NCBI GenBank assembly: GCA_963732945.1
Contig: CAVTBL010000017.1
Span: 187,298-251,297, forward strand
DNA from: an uncultured Chloroflexia bacterium
Lineage (GTDB): Bacteria > Chloroflexota > Dehalococcoidia > DSTF01 > WHTK01
Reading direction: 5' to 3'
Length of the DNA: 64,000 nt
Positions 28,293 through 36,536 of the stretch are shown in pieces. Under the pieces are notes generated by a model. It had not been told where the DNA came from and ran no database searches. It saw only the letters and a program-made list of their open reading frames with translations. Position 1 is the stretch's first letter. The number at the start of each line of letters is the position of its first letter. The position numbers were made by a program, and so were the translations under genes.

Positions 28293-28309
28293 TCATACAG
28301 TCTGTATGA
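28293..28309. promoter_or_regulatory. Candidate TetR operator: perfect 17-bp palindrome in the divergent promoter region
   Basis: TCATACAG-T-CTGTATGA. Sits between a TTGACA box (28275-28280) and the AAAGGAGG ribosome-binding site of the downstream gene. Confidence 0.5.
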
Positions 28310-28336
28310 AGAAATCCTAAAGGAGGTCTTCCGACC

Positions 28337-28720
28337 ATGCAGAACATCAACGCCATCATCCAGCGCTGGACTGCCGCCGAACGCGGCGCCGACGCCGCAG
28401 CCCTCGAATCGATGCTGACAGACGACTTCTCCGCCGTCGGGCCGCGCGGTTTCCAGCTCGACAAACAGAACTGGGTCGATCGCTTTCGCTCCGGCAGCTT
28501 CCGCAACGAGGCATTCGACTTCACCGACGTGACGTCGCGCACCTACGGCGACACTGCGATCGTGCTCGGCGTGCAGACCAATCGCGGCTCGTACCAGGGT
28601 CAGAGCGTCGGCGCGACCTGCCGTTGCACCCAGGTTTACGTAGCGCAGGACGGCGGGTGGAAGCTCGCCGCGCTGCAACTCAGCGAAATCGCGGCGCCAA
28701 TAACTGCGCCCGGGAGGTAG
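28337..28720 (+). CDS. SnoaL-like / DUF4440 (NTF2-fold) protein
   Basis: 127 aa with LESMLTDDFSAVGPRGF ... VYVAQDGGWKLAALQ, typical of NTF2-like proteins. Strong ribosome-binding site. Confidence 0.7.
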   Translation: MQNINAIIQRWTAAERGADAAALESMLTDDFSAVGPRGFQLDKQNWVDRFRSGSFRNEAFDFTDVTSRTYGDTAIVLGVQTNRGSYQGQSVGATCRCTQVYVAQDGGWKLAALQLSEIAAPITAPGR

Positions 28721-28725
28721 ATCGG

Positions 28726-28965
28726 ATGATCGAGCTGGCTTTGCTCTGGGCCCACGACGGAGGCCACTGGTGGTGGGGAGGAGGCTTCTTCTTGCTGTTT
28801 TTCGGACTGCTGTTCCTGCTACTCGTGATCAAGCTGTTCTGGTGGCGGCCCTGGACAAACTACGGCCGGCACGACGATGAGGAATCGATCCTGCGACGCC
28901 GCCTCGCGCGCGGAGAGATAACGGAAGCGGACTACGAGCGTCTGCGCGACCTGCTGAGGAAGTGA
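28726..28965 (+). CDS. SHOCT-domain small membrane protein
   Basis: TM segment followed by ILRRRLARGEITEADYERLRDLL (SHOCT motif). The internal ATG was chosen. Confidence 0.7.
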   Translation: MIELALLWAHDGGHWWWGGGFFLLFFGLLFLLLVIKLFWWRPWTNYGRHDDEESILRRRLARGEITEADYERLRDLLRK

Positions 28966-29041
28966 GGCCCGCGGCTTCCGCGCTGCTCTCGCTTTTGTGC
29001 CCGCTCATGCGCAATGAACCTCGGAGGCAAGGAGGTAGAAC

Positions 29042-29815
29042 ATGGCTACTGCACACGCAACCTATCCCGATCTCGCGGGCAAAGTGACTCTGGTCACCGG
29101 CGGCTCCGGCGGCATCGGTGCCGCCACGGCGCGCCTGTTCGCCGCTAACGGCGCGCGCCTCGTAATCAACGGCCGCAACCAGGAGAAGATCGACCGCGTC
29201 GTCGACTCGATTCACAGCGACGGCGGCGAGGCGCTCGGCGTCGCTGCCGACTGTACCGATGGCGGCACCCTGGAGCGCATGCGCAATCGTGCCGAGTCTG
29301 AACTGGGACCCATCGACATCCTCATCGCCTTCGCCGGCGGCCAGGGCGAGCCGGTGCCGACACGCGACCTGGACGAAGATCGCTGGTGTGGAACCATAGA
29401 CGCCAACCTGACGTCTACTTATCTGACGGTGCGGACGTTCCTGCCTGGGATGCTCGACCGCAGAGGAGGCTCAATCGTGACCATGGCATCGACATCGGGA
29501 CGCCTACCGTCGCGCGCATCGATTGCCTACGGCGCCGCGAAGGCCGGCATCGTCATGTTCACACGCCACCTCGCCAACGAGGTCGCCGGACAGGGTGTGC
29601 GCGCCAACTGCGTTGCCCCGTCTTCGGTTCTAACGGACATGAACCGGCACCTGATGCCGCCGGACGTGCAGCGCCAGGTGGCGCAAATGCATCCCCTGGG
29701 GCGAATCGGTACGCCGGAGGACGTCGGCGAAGCGACTCTGTTCCTGGCCTCGAGTAGCTCGTCGTGGATCACCGGCGTAACGCTCGACGTATCCGGCGGG
29801 AGGGTGATGATTTAA
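29042..29815 (+). CDS. SDR family oxidoreductase (FabG-like)
   Basis: TGGSGGIG cofactor motif, catalytic Y..AK (YGAAKAG), GGAGG ribosome-binding site. Confidence 0.85.
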   Translation: MATAHATYPDLAGKVTLVTGGSGGIGAATARLFAANGARLVINGRNQEKIDRVVDSIHSDGGEALGVAADCTDGGTLERMRNRAESELGPIDILIAFAGGQGEPVPTRDLDEDRWCGTIDANLTSTYLTVRTFLPGMLDRRGGSIVTMASTSGRLPSRASIAYGAAKAGIVMFTRHLANEVAGQGVRANCVAPSSVLTDMNRHLMPPDVQRQVAQMHPLGRIGTPEDVGEATLFLASSSSSWITGVTLDVSGGRVMI

Positions 29816-29881
29816 CGCGAAGTATGCAGACGGGGCCTGCGCAGACGCCTAACCTTGATGGATATTTAATGCTGGGCGCGA

Positions 29882-29910
29882 TTGACCACACGAGGAGCAG
29901 GAAATATAAA
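29882..29910 (+). promoter_or_regulatory. Candidate sigma70-type promoter for the ABC transporter operon
   Basis: TTGACC, 17 nt, TATAAA, in a locally AT-richer spacer about 100 nt upstream of the ATPase start. Confidence 0.35.
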
Positions 29911-30013
29911 TGAGGGAGCGTTCGCTTTTTTACAGGCGAGCTCGGATTGACAGCAGTCCGTTCTTACCTCGATTATCTAGGTATCGTACGAACCCGCTCC
30001 CGAGGATGTGTCG

Positions 30014-30763
30014 ATGAACTCGAATAACCAGACCGGCTCCATCTACGCCGTCGAGGCGGTGGAGGTCGTCAAGACGTATCAGACCGACGGCGGCAGCGTG
30101 CAGGCGCTGCGCGGCCTCTCTCTCGCCGTGCCGAAGGGCGACATGATGGCGATCATGGGCCCGTCCGGTTGCGGCAAAACGACGCTGCTCAATTGCCTCA
30201 GCGGCCTCGATTCGATCGATGCCGGCGTCGTACGCGTCGACGGTGTCGACATCTCCGGGATGTCCGACAACGAGAAGTCGAACTACCGCGCCCGCAACAT
30301 GGGCTTCGTGTTCCAGTTTTACAACCTGCTGCCGGTGCTCAGCTCGGTCGAAAACGTCGAGCTGCCGCTGCTGGTCAGCGGCGTGCCGGCCAGGGAAGCG
30401 CGCGAGCGCGCCCAACGCGCCCTGGAGCTGGTCCACCTGGCCGACTGGGCCGGCCACAAGCCCGCACAGCTCTCGGGTGGTCAACGACAGCGCGTCACCA
30501 TCGCCCGCGCCCTGGTCAACGAACCCGCGATCGTCTGGGCAGACGAGCCCACCGGCGACCTCGACTCCAAGAACGCGGACGAGATCATGGAGCTGATCGT
30601 TGGCCTCAACGAGACGAACAAGCAGACGTTCGTTGTCGTGACGCACGACCTGCACATCGCCCAGGCCACGAACCGCATCATCAACATGCTCGACGGCGAG
30701 ATCGTCGAGGAATCCGCCACGGATCGCGGTCGCGAGCGCGCCGGCCGGGCTACCGTCGGATAG
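30014..30763 (+). CDS. ABC transporter ATP-binding protein (MacB/LolD-like)
   Basis: Walker [10 protein letters not shown], signature LSGGQRQR and Walker [15 protein letters not shown] at 30014 has GAGGA 7 nt upstream. Confidence 0.85.
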   Translation: MNSNNQTGSIYAVEAVEVVKTYQTDGGSVQALRGLSLAVPKGDMMAIMGPSGCGKTTLLNCLSGLDSIDAGVVRVDGVDISGMSDNEKSNYRARNMGFVFQFYNLLPVLSSVENVELPLLVSGVPAREARERAQRALELVHLADWAGHKPAQLSGGQRQRVTIARALVNEPAIVWADEPTGDLDSKNADEIMELIVGLNETNKQTFVVVTHDLHIAQATNRIINMLDGEIVEESATDRGRERAGRATVG

Positions 30764-30773
30764 GAACCCCAAC

Positions 30774-33700
30774 ATGAACGAGATCTTCGGCGTCTCGATG
30801 AACCTGATCATGGTCGTGCTGGTGGTCCTGCTCGCGATCTCGCTGGGCAGCATCGTCTTCGTGGCGCTGAGCAATCGCATCATGTTCAAGATGGGCCTGC
30901 GCAACATCCCGCGGCGCCGCGCCCAGACCACGCTAATCGTGCTCGGCCTCATGCTCAGCACCGTAATCATCTCGGCCGCATTCACTACCGGCGACACCGT
31001 GAACCGCAGCGTCACCAGCGAGGTCTACCGCGTCCTCGGCTCCATGGACGAGGCCGTTGTTGCCGGAACCAACGCCGGCGGCCTTGGCGACGAAGGTGTC
31101 GCCGTTACCAACGAAACACCATATCCGCAGGCGCAGGTCGCGCCTCTCGCCGACCAGCTTTCGAACGACCCGCGCGTCGATGCCGTGATTCCCGCGTTCG
31201 CCAACGTCGCGGTGGCAGTGAACCTGGACCAGAAGCTCAGCTCGCCGGTGTTCAACCTCCTCGGCCTGGACCCGCAAGGCGCCGCCAACCTGAGCGACAT
31301 CAAGCTGGTCAACGGCGGCGTAGTACACGTAACCGACCTGGCGCCGGACGAGTTCTACATCACTCAGAGCGGCGCCGACGACCTCGACGTGAAGACCGGC
31401 GACAGCATCACGTTGTTCACCGGCAAGGCCTCTCAGGTCTTCAAGGTGAAGGGCATCGTCGAAGACAAGCGGCTGGCCGGCGCCGGCGGCGTCTCGACCG
31501 GCCGCTCAGGCGCCGTAGTACCGCTGAGCGTGGCGCAGTCGTTCTTCAGTCAGCCGAACAACATCACAGAGCTCGTCGTCTCGAACAAGGGCGATAGCCG
31601 GGGCGGCCTGAACGACGCACCTGCAGTCGAAAACGAGATCGATACCTGGCTGAGCGCGCACACGACCGGCACACCGCTAACCCAACAGAAGATCAAGACC
31701 GACGGCGTCAAGATCGCCAACTCGGCCGCGAGCATCTTCACGACTTTCTTCCTGGTCCTCGGCCTGTTCTCAATCGGCGCCGGCGTGCTGCTGATCTTCA
31801 TGATCTTCGTGATGCTCGCCGCCGAGCGTAAATCGGAGATGGGCATGGCGCGCGCCGTGGGCACCAAGCGCTTCGACCTGGTGCAGACCTTCCTCTCCGA
31901 AGGCATGGCCTACAACGTGCTCTCGGCGATGGTCGGGACCGCGATCGGCGTGGTTGTCGCCTTCGTAATCAGCAAGGTCATGGCCTCGATCTTCTCGAGC
32001 GCCAACCTCGACATTACGCCCCATGTGACCGTGCGCAGCCTCGTGATCTCGTACTCGCTCGGCGTGGTGCTGACCTTCCTCACCGTGACGTTCTCCTCCT
32101 GGCGCATCAGCCTGATCAACATCGTGCGCGCCATCCGCGACATCCCGGAGCCACCGGCTGAGAAGCCGCACTGGGGCACGCACGGCTTCTTCCCCACCCT
32201 GCGAGACCTCTTCTTCCAGCCGACCGACCGCGGTGGCTGGAAGCGCCGCGGCGTAGCGTTCCTGGCGTTCGTCCTGGCAGCGTTCGGAGCCAAGGCTCTG
32301 CCGCTGCTCCTCATCGGCGTCTTGCTGCTCGCCGCGACGCTGTTCAGCTATGTCTGGGTGCAGAAGCAAATGCCGATCGTGATGCGCGTCGGCGCCTGGC
32401 TCGGCATGATGCTGGTGCTACCGGCCACGCTGGCGATCGCGTTCTTCCGTACCTTCCAGCTCGGGCCGCTGCTGCTCGGCGTCGGGCTCGCGGTGCTCGG
32501 CATCTTCGTCGGGACGAACTCGCACTCGTCCTTCCTGCTGCTGTTCGGGCTCTCGCTGTCGCCGCTGGGACTGGCGCTGATCCTGCGCTCGTTCGGCGCC
32601 AACGAGCGCCTGAGCTATACGCTGCTCGCCCTCTACCTGATCTACATCTGGGAGCTCGACTTCAGCGTTGGTCTGATCGAGAAGGTTTTCGGCAAGACCA
32701 ACGGCGGCATCGAGATGTTCTTCCTCAGCGGCGTTATGGTGACGCTGGCCGCGACCTTCCTCGTCGTCTACAACTCCGACCTGATCCTCGGGCCGATCAC
32801 GAGGCTGGGTAGCGGGCTCGGGGCGCTGCTGCCGTCGATCAAGATGGCGGTCGCCTACCCGCTAGCTAACAAGATGCGCACCGGCATGACGATGGCGATG
32901 TTCTGTCTCGTGATCTTCGCGCTCACCGTCATGTCTTCAATGAACTACAACTTCGACCGGCTGTTCCTCAGCGACCGCGCTCTCGGCGGCTGGGACGTCT
33001 CGGTCGACGAGAACCCGACGAGCCCGATCGGCGACCTCCAGGCCAAGCTGCAGGCGGCGAACTCACCCGCGGCCAACGACATCGAGGCTGTCGGTGTGGC
33101 GGAGATCAAGACGCGGCGCAACTCCTACCTGTGCCAGGTGACGCCGGAGACGCCGTGCGACCCCAACGGCAACCTGGACACTAGCTTCACCAAGTACCTG
33201 ACGGACGGCGTCGACCAGTCGTTTATCACCAACAACGGCATCACGTTCCAGGCCCGCGCCGCCGGCTACAACAGCGACAAGGACGTCTGGCAGGCCATGG
33301 CGAACGACCCGACGCTGGCGGTGGTCGATGCCAATGCGCTTGCCGGCAACGGCGGCTTCGGCTCCGGTACCTTCATCAGCGGAATCGCCGCGGATGCAAC
33401 CAGCTTCCAGCCGATAACGATCCGCATCGTCGACGCCACGACGCACGCTACAGCCGATGTCAAAGTCATCGGCATCATCGAGATGGGCGCCAGCGCTAAC
33501 TACATCGGCCTCGAGGTCCAGCCGTCCGTGTTCAACAGCGTGTTCGGCACGCCGGACGCGCGGCGCTTCTACGTCAAGACGAAGCCCGGCACCGACAATG
33601 TCGAGGCCGCGCGCCAGATCGAGGCGTCGCTGCTAACGACCGGCGCCCAGGCCGACTCGCTGAAGAAGGTGCTGCAGGACCAGACCTCGACCTTCAACGC

Positions 33701-34100
33701 CTTCTTCTACCTGATGCAGGGCTTCATGGGCCTCGGTCTGTTCGTCGGCGTCGCCGCGGTTGGCGTTATCGCCTTCCGCACCGTCGTAGAGCGCCGGCAG
33801 CAGATCGGCATGCTGAGAGCCATCGGCTACACGCGCAACATGATCGGCCTGACGTTCCTGATCGAGTCGGCGTTCATCGCCTTCATGGGGGTGGTCAGCG
33901 GCATCCTGTTCGCTCTGATCCTGGCGCGACAGCTAATCACGACTCAGTTCGCCAACCAGGGTGTCACGAGCTTCGCCATACCGTGGCCGCAGGTGCTGTT
34001 AATTGCAGGGCTGGCGTTTGGCTTCGCGCTGATCATGACGGTGATCCCGTCTCGTCAGGCCGCGCGCATCCCGATCGCCGAAGCCCTGCGCTACGAATGA
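30774..34100 (+). CDS. Very large FtsX/MacB-type ABC permease with two FtsX modules (1108 aa)
   Basis: Two copies of the FtsX C-terminal signature (ERKSEMGMARAVGTKRFDL... and ERRQQIGMLRAIGYTRNMI...), each preceded by a large extracytoplasmic domain, with extra TM helices in between. Confidence 0.85.
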   Translation: MNEIFGVSMNLIMVVLVVLLAISLGSIVFVALSNRIMFKMGLRNIPRRRAQTTLIVLGLMLSTVIISAAFTTGDTVNRSVTSEVYRVLGSMDEAVVAGTNAGGLGDEGVAVTNETPYPQAQVAPLADQLSNDPRVDAVIPAFANVAVAVNLDQKLSSPVFNLLGLDPQGAANLSDIKLVNGGVVHVTDLAPDEFYITQSGADDLDVKTGDSITLFTGKASQVFKVKGIVEDKRLAGAGGVSTGRSGAVVPLSVAQSFFSQPNNITELVVSNKGDSRGGLNDAPAVENEIDTWLSAHTTGTPLTQQKIKTDGVKIANSAASIFTTFFLVLGLFSIGAGVLLIFMIFVMLAAERKSEMGMARAVGTKRFDLVQTFLSEGMAYNVLSAMVGTAIGVVVAFVISKVMASIFSSANLDITPHVTVRSLVISYSLGVVLTFLTVTFSSWRISLINIVRAIRDIPEPPAEKPHWGTHGFFPTLRDLFFQPTDRGGWKRRGVAFLAFVLAAFGAKALPLLLIGVLLLAATLFSYVWVQKQMPIVMRVGAWLGMMLVLPATLAIAFFRTFQLGPLLLGVGLAVLGIFVGTNSHSSFLLLFGLSLSPLGLALILRSFGANERLSYTLLALYLIYIWELDFSVGLIEKVFGKTNGGIEMFFLSGVMVTLAATFLVVYNSDLILGPITRLGSGLGALLPSIKMAVAYPLANKMRTGMTMAMFCLVIFALTVMSSMNYNFDRLFLSDRALGGWDVSVDENPTSPIGDLQAKLQAANSPAANDIEAVGVAEIKTRRNSYLCQVTPETPCDPNGNLDTSFTKYLTDGVDQSFITNNGITFQARAAGYNSDKDVWQAMANDPTLAVVDANALAGNGGFGSGTFISGIAADATSFQPITIRIVDATTHATADVKVIGIIEMGASANYIGLEVQPSVFNSVFGTPDARRFYVKTKPGTDNVEAARQIEASLLTTGAQADSLKKVLQDQTSTFNAFFYLMQGFMGLGLFVGVAAVGVIAFRTVVERRQQIGMLRAIGYTRNMIGLTFLIESAFIAFMGVVSGILFALILARQLITTQFANQGVTSFAIPWPQVLLIAGLAFGFALIMTVIPSRQAARIPIAEALRYE

Positions 34101-34158
34101 GCCGCGTTCTCGATGCCGGAAAATCGCATCACCGCGATCGCCCCGTTAAAATGCTGGC

Positions 34159-34365
34159 ATGAAGACAGAGTTTTTCGAGTCTGACCCGTTCTCTCCGCGT
34201 AAGGCGGCTCTGCTGATCAGCTTTGACACCGATTACCGGTTCGAAAAAGGCGACGAAGTCGTCATCGAATCCGGTGGTCGCAGTACCAAGGTGCGCGTGA
34301 TGGACGTTCGCATCCACGTTAAAGGCCTCGAAATCAGTCGCGAGATCCTGGCGCTAAAGCTCTAA
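34159..34365 (+). CDS. Hypothetical small protein (68 aa)
   Basis: Open frame with GC-rich third positions. No recognisable motif and no clear ribosome-binding site. Confidence 0.4.
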   Translation: MKTEFFESDPFSPRKAALLISFDTDYRFEKGDEVVIESGGRSTKVRVMDVRIHVKGLEISREILALKL

Positions 34366-34444
34366 CCAGGCGGGTGCGAGAAATTGACGCCAATTTAAAG
34401 CGTCGTTAGAGTAGGCAAACGCTTCTGCTAAGGGGCGTTTTGCT

Positions 34445-35249
34445 ATGAAGCGTCTCTTATTTCTGCCTCTCGCTGCCTGTTCGGTGCTGGCTCTGGCCTG
34501 CGCGATACCGATCTCGTCTGCAGACCAGACCGCGACCGCCGTTGCTGCCGAGCAGCCGCTGAGCAGCCTCGGCGGCAGCACCGAGAGCTCTCAGCGCGCC
34601 GACAACCCATCGGTCAGCCTCAGTCTCGACGCGACTTTCGTCCCTGACGTTACGCCGTTGCCGCTCGCGACGCGCGGCCCGCTGATCGAGACGACGCCGG
34701 ACGGGACGGCAGCGGCACTGGTCGCGAGCAGCGCTACGGCGACCACGACCCTTACTGCCAAAGACACGCCTGCAGCCACGAACACGCCACCGCCCGGCGC
34801 AACGACGGTAGCCACGCCAACACCTGCGCCCTCGGAAACGACGCCACCTCAGCCCGGCGGCGACCTCGCCGCGCAGGCGCTCGACCTGATCAACCAGCAG
34901 CGCGCCGCCCGCGGCTTGGCCGCGCTCGAGCTGAACCCGGCGATGGCCAACGACGCCGCCGCTTACGCGCAGTACATGGGCGTGAACGACTTCTTCGGCC
35001 ACTACGCCCCGGACGGCTCGTCGCCGCAGTCGCGCCTCACAGCGGCCGGCTACAAGGGTCACTACCGCGGCGAAGCGCTGTTCGCCGGCGCATCGAGGCG
35101 CCTCGCAGACGATCGACGCGCTGCTCGCCAGCCCGGCGCACGCCGCCATCCTGCTCGACGACACAGCAAACGAGGCGGGCGTCGGCTTCTTCAGCCAGCC
35201 GGGCAGCACGTATCAGTACTACTGGGTCGTCGTCACAGGAAGCCGTTAG
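34445..35249 (+). pseudogene. Secreted/lipoprotein-like CAP/SCP domain protein; frame interrupted by one extra nucleotide near 35085-35108
   Basis: Signal/lipobox-like N-terminus (LALACAIP), Thr/Pro-rich linker, and a CAP domain start (INQQRAARGL...FFGHYAPDGSSPQSRL). The conserved end (QTIDALLASPAHAAILLDDTANEAGVGFF...YYWVVVTGSR*) is in the +1 frame. Span is 3n+1. Confidence 0.7.
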
Positions 35250-35337
35250 CAGTTGGCCATTGGCTATTAGCAATTGGCTGTTGGGCGCCACGGCAATCTA
35301 GCCAATCTGCCAACAGCCAAATGCCAACAGCCAACGG
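35245..35337. repeat. Inverted repeat with (TTGGCNN)n / (NNGCCAA)n arms
   Basis: Left arm gttagcagttggccattggctattagcaattggctgttggg, right arm caatctagccaatctgccaacagccaaatgccaacagccaacggg. Shares an 18/19 identical block with the element at 42085-42143. Confidence 0.6.
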
Positions 35338-35388
35338 GCGAGAACGAAACGAGCCGCCTCGAAATCGAGGCGGCTCGTTGAGTGCTCA

Positions 35389-35464
35389 TGGCGCGCTGAG
35401 TGGGACTCGAACCCACGGCCTCAGCCTCCGCAGGGCTGCGCTCTATCCGCTGAGCTACCAGCGC
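35389..35464 (-). tRNA. tRNA-Arg (anticodon GCG as read), CCA encoded
   Basis: GCGCTGGTAGCTCAGCGGATAGAGCGCAGCCCTGCGGAGGCTGAGGCCGTGGGTTCGAGTCCCACTCAGCGCGCCA. Anticodon stem CAGCC/GGCTG, loop CTGCGGA. Confidence 0.9.
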
Positions 35465-35469
35465 ATCAA

Positions 35470-35557
<88 letters not shown>

Positions 35558-35611
35558 GGAATACAAGTGTACATCAGCGACACCGCTTCGATCACGCCCC
35601 GGACGGCGCCG

Positions 35612-35716
35612 GAGTGCAGAGGGCAGGGTTCAGAATACAGACGGTCGGACCGTCTCGTTCGGGACGCTTCGCGTTTCTGCACTCTGCCTCTGCACTCTGC
35701 ACTCTGCACTCTATTC
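35612..35716. repeat. Inverted-repeat element with a tandem heptamer (CTGCACT)n arm, GAGTGCAGAG / CTCTGCACTC family
   Basis: Left gagtgcagagggcag (35612-35626) pairs with ctgcctctgcactc (35684-35697). Inner 7-bp hairpin agacggt/accgtct. Heptamer run at 35677-35712. Confidence 0.55.
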
Positions 35717-35753
35717 TCGTCCCGCTTGAACTCGCGGCGCCTGCGGGCCAAAG

Positions 35754-36431
35754 ATGGGCTGCATGAGCGAAACGCTGGCCTCTCTGACCCACGAGATCGT
35801 CGACTGCCGTAAGTGCCCGCGGCTCGTCGCCTGGCGCGAGAAGGTCGCGGAAACGAAGCGCGCGTCGTTCCGCGACTGGGACTACTGGGGGCGCCCCGTG
35901 CCCGGCTTCGGCGACCCGGAGGCACGGCTCGTCGTCGTGGGGCTGGCGCCGGCCGCGCACGGAGGCAATCGCACCGGGCGCGTGTTCACCGGCGATCGCT
36001 CAGGCGACTGGCTCTACGGGGCAATGCATGGCGCCGGCTTCGCCAATCAGCCGACGAGCATTTCACGCGATGACGGGCTCGAGTTGCGCGACGCCTACGT
36101 TACGGCCGTCGTGCGCTGCGCACCGCCTGACAACAAGCCTTCGACCGAAGAGCGCGACACCTGCCTGCCCTTCCTGTCGCGTGAGCTTGCGCTCCTCGAC
36201 AAGACGCGCGTCTTCGTCTGCCTCGGCTCCTTCGCTTACGACAACCTGGCGCGGCTGCTCAAGCTACGCCCGAAGCCGCGTTTCGGCCACGGCGCCGAGA
36301 CGGCGCTCGACGACGGACGAACCGTGCTGTGCTCCTACCACCCGAGCCAGCAGAACACGTTCACAGGACGTCTGACGCGGGAGATGTTCGACGCCGTATT
36401 CGCCCGCGCACGGGAGCTAATCGAAGGCTGA
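35754..36431 (+). CDS. Uracil-DNA glycosylase superfamily protein, family 5 (UdgB)-like
   Basis: CRKCPRL 4Fe-4S region and motif GLAPAAHGGNRTGRVFTGD (family-5 type rather than the GEGPG of family 4). HPSQQN motif B. The start may be the second ATG at 35766. Confidence 0.8.
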   Translation: MGCMSETLASLTHEIVDCRKCPRLVAWREKVAETKRASFRDWDYWGRPVPGFGDPEARLVVVGLAPAAHGGNRTGRVFTGDRSGDWLYGAMHGAGFANQPTSISRDDGLELRDAYVTAVVRCAPPDNKPSTEERDTCLPFLSRELALLDKTRVFVCLGSFAYDNLARLLKLRPKPRFGHGAETALDDGRTVLCSYHPSQQNTFTGRLTREMFDAVFARARELIEG

Positions 36432-36439
36432 CGACACGG

Positions 36440-36467
36440 TGTTGCCGGTTGCTTGTTGCCTGTTGCC
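36440..36467. repeat. Short tandem (GTTGCNN)n run after the UDG gene
   Basis: gtgttgccggttgcttgttgcctgttgcc. The complementary-type run (GCAACA)n is at 25035-25060. Confidence 0.4.
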
Positions 36468-36536
36468 TCACAGCGGGAGTAGCCTCGCAACACGAGTCCC
36501 AAGCAGCGAGGCGCAACCATGTACAGGCCCGGTCGC

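Noticed and set aside
23116-29815. Genomic island or integrated element next to tRNA-Phe (and similarly next to tRNA-Arg/Leu and tRNA-Val)
   Set aside because: The window contains no integrase, transposase, phage or conjugation genes, and no direct repeat of any tRNA 3' end. The toxin-antitoxin cassettes and regulators alone do not define a mobile element.
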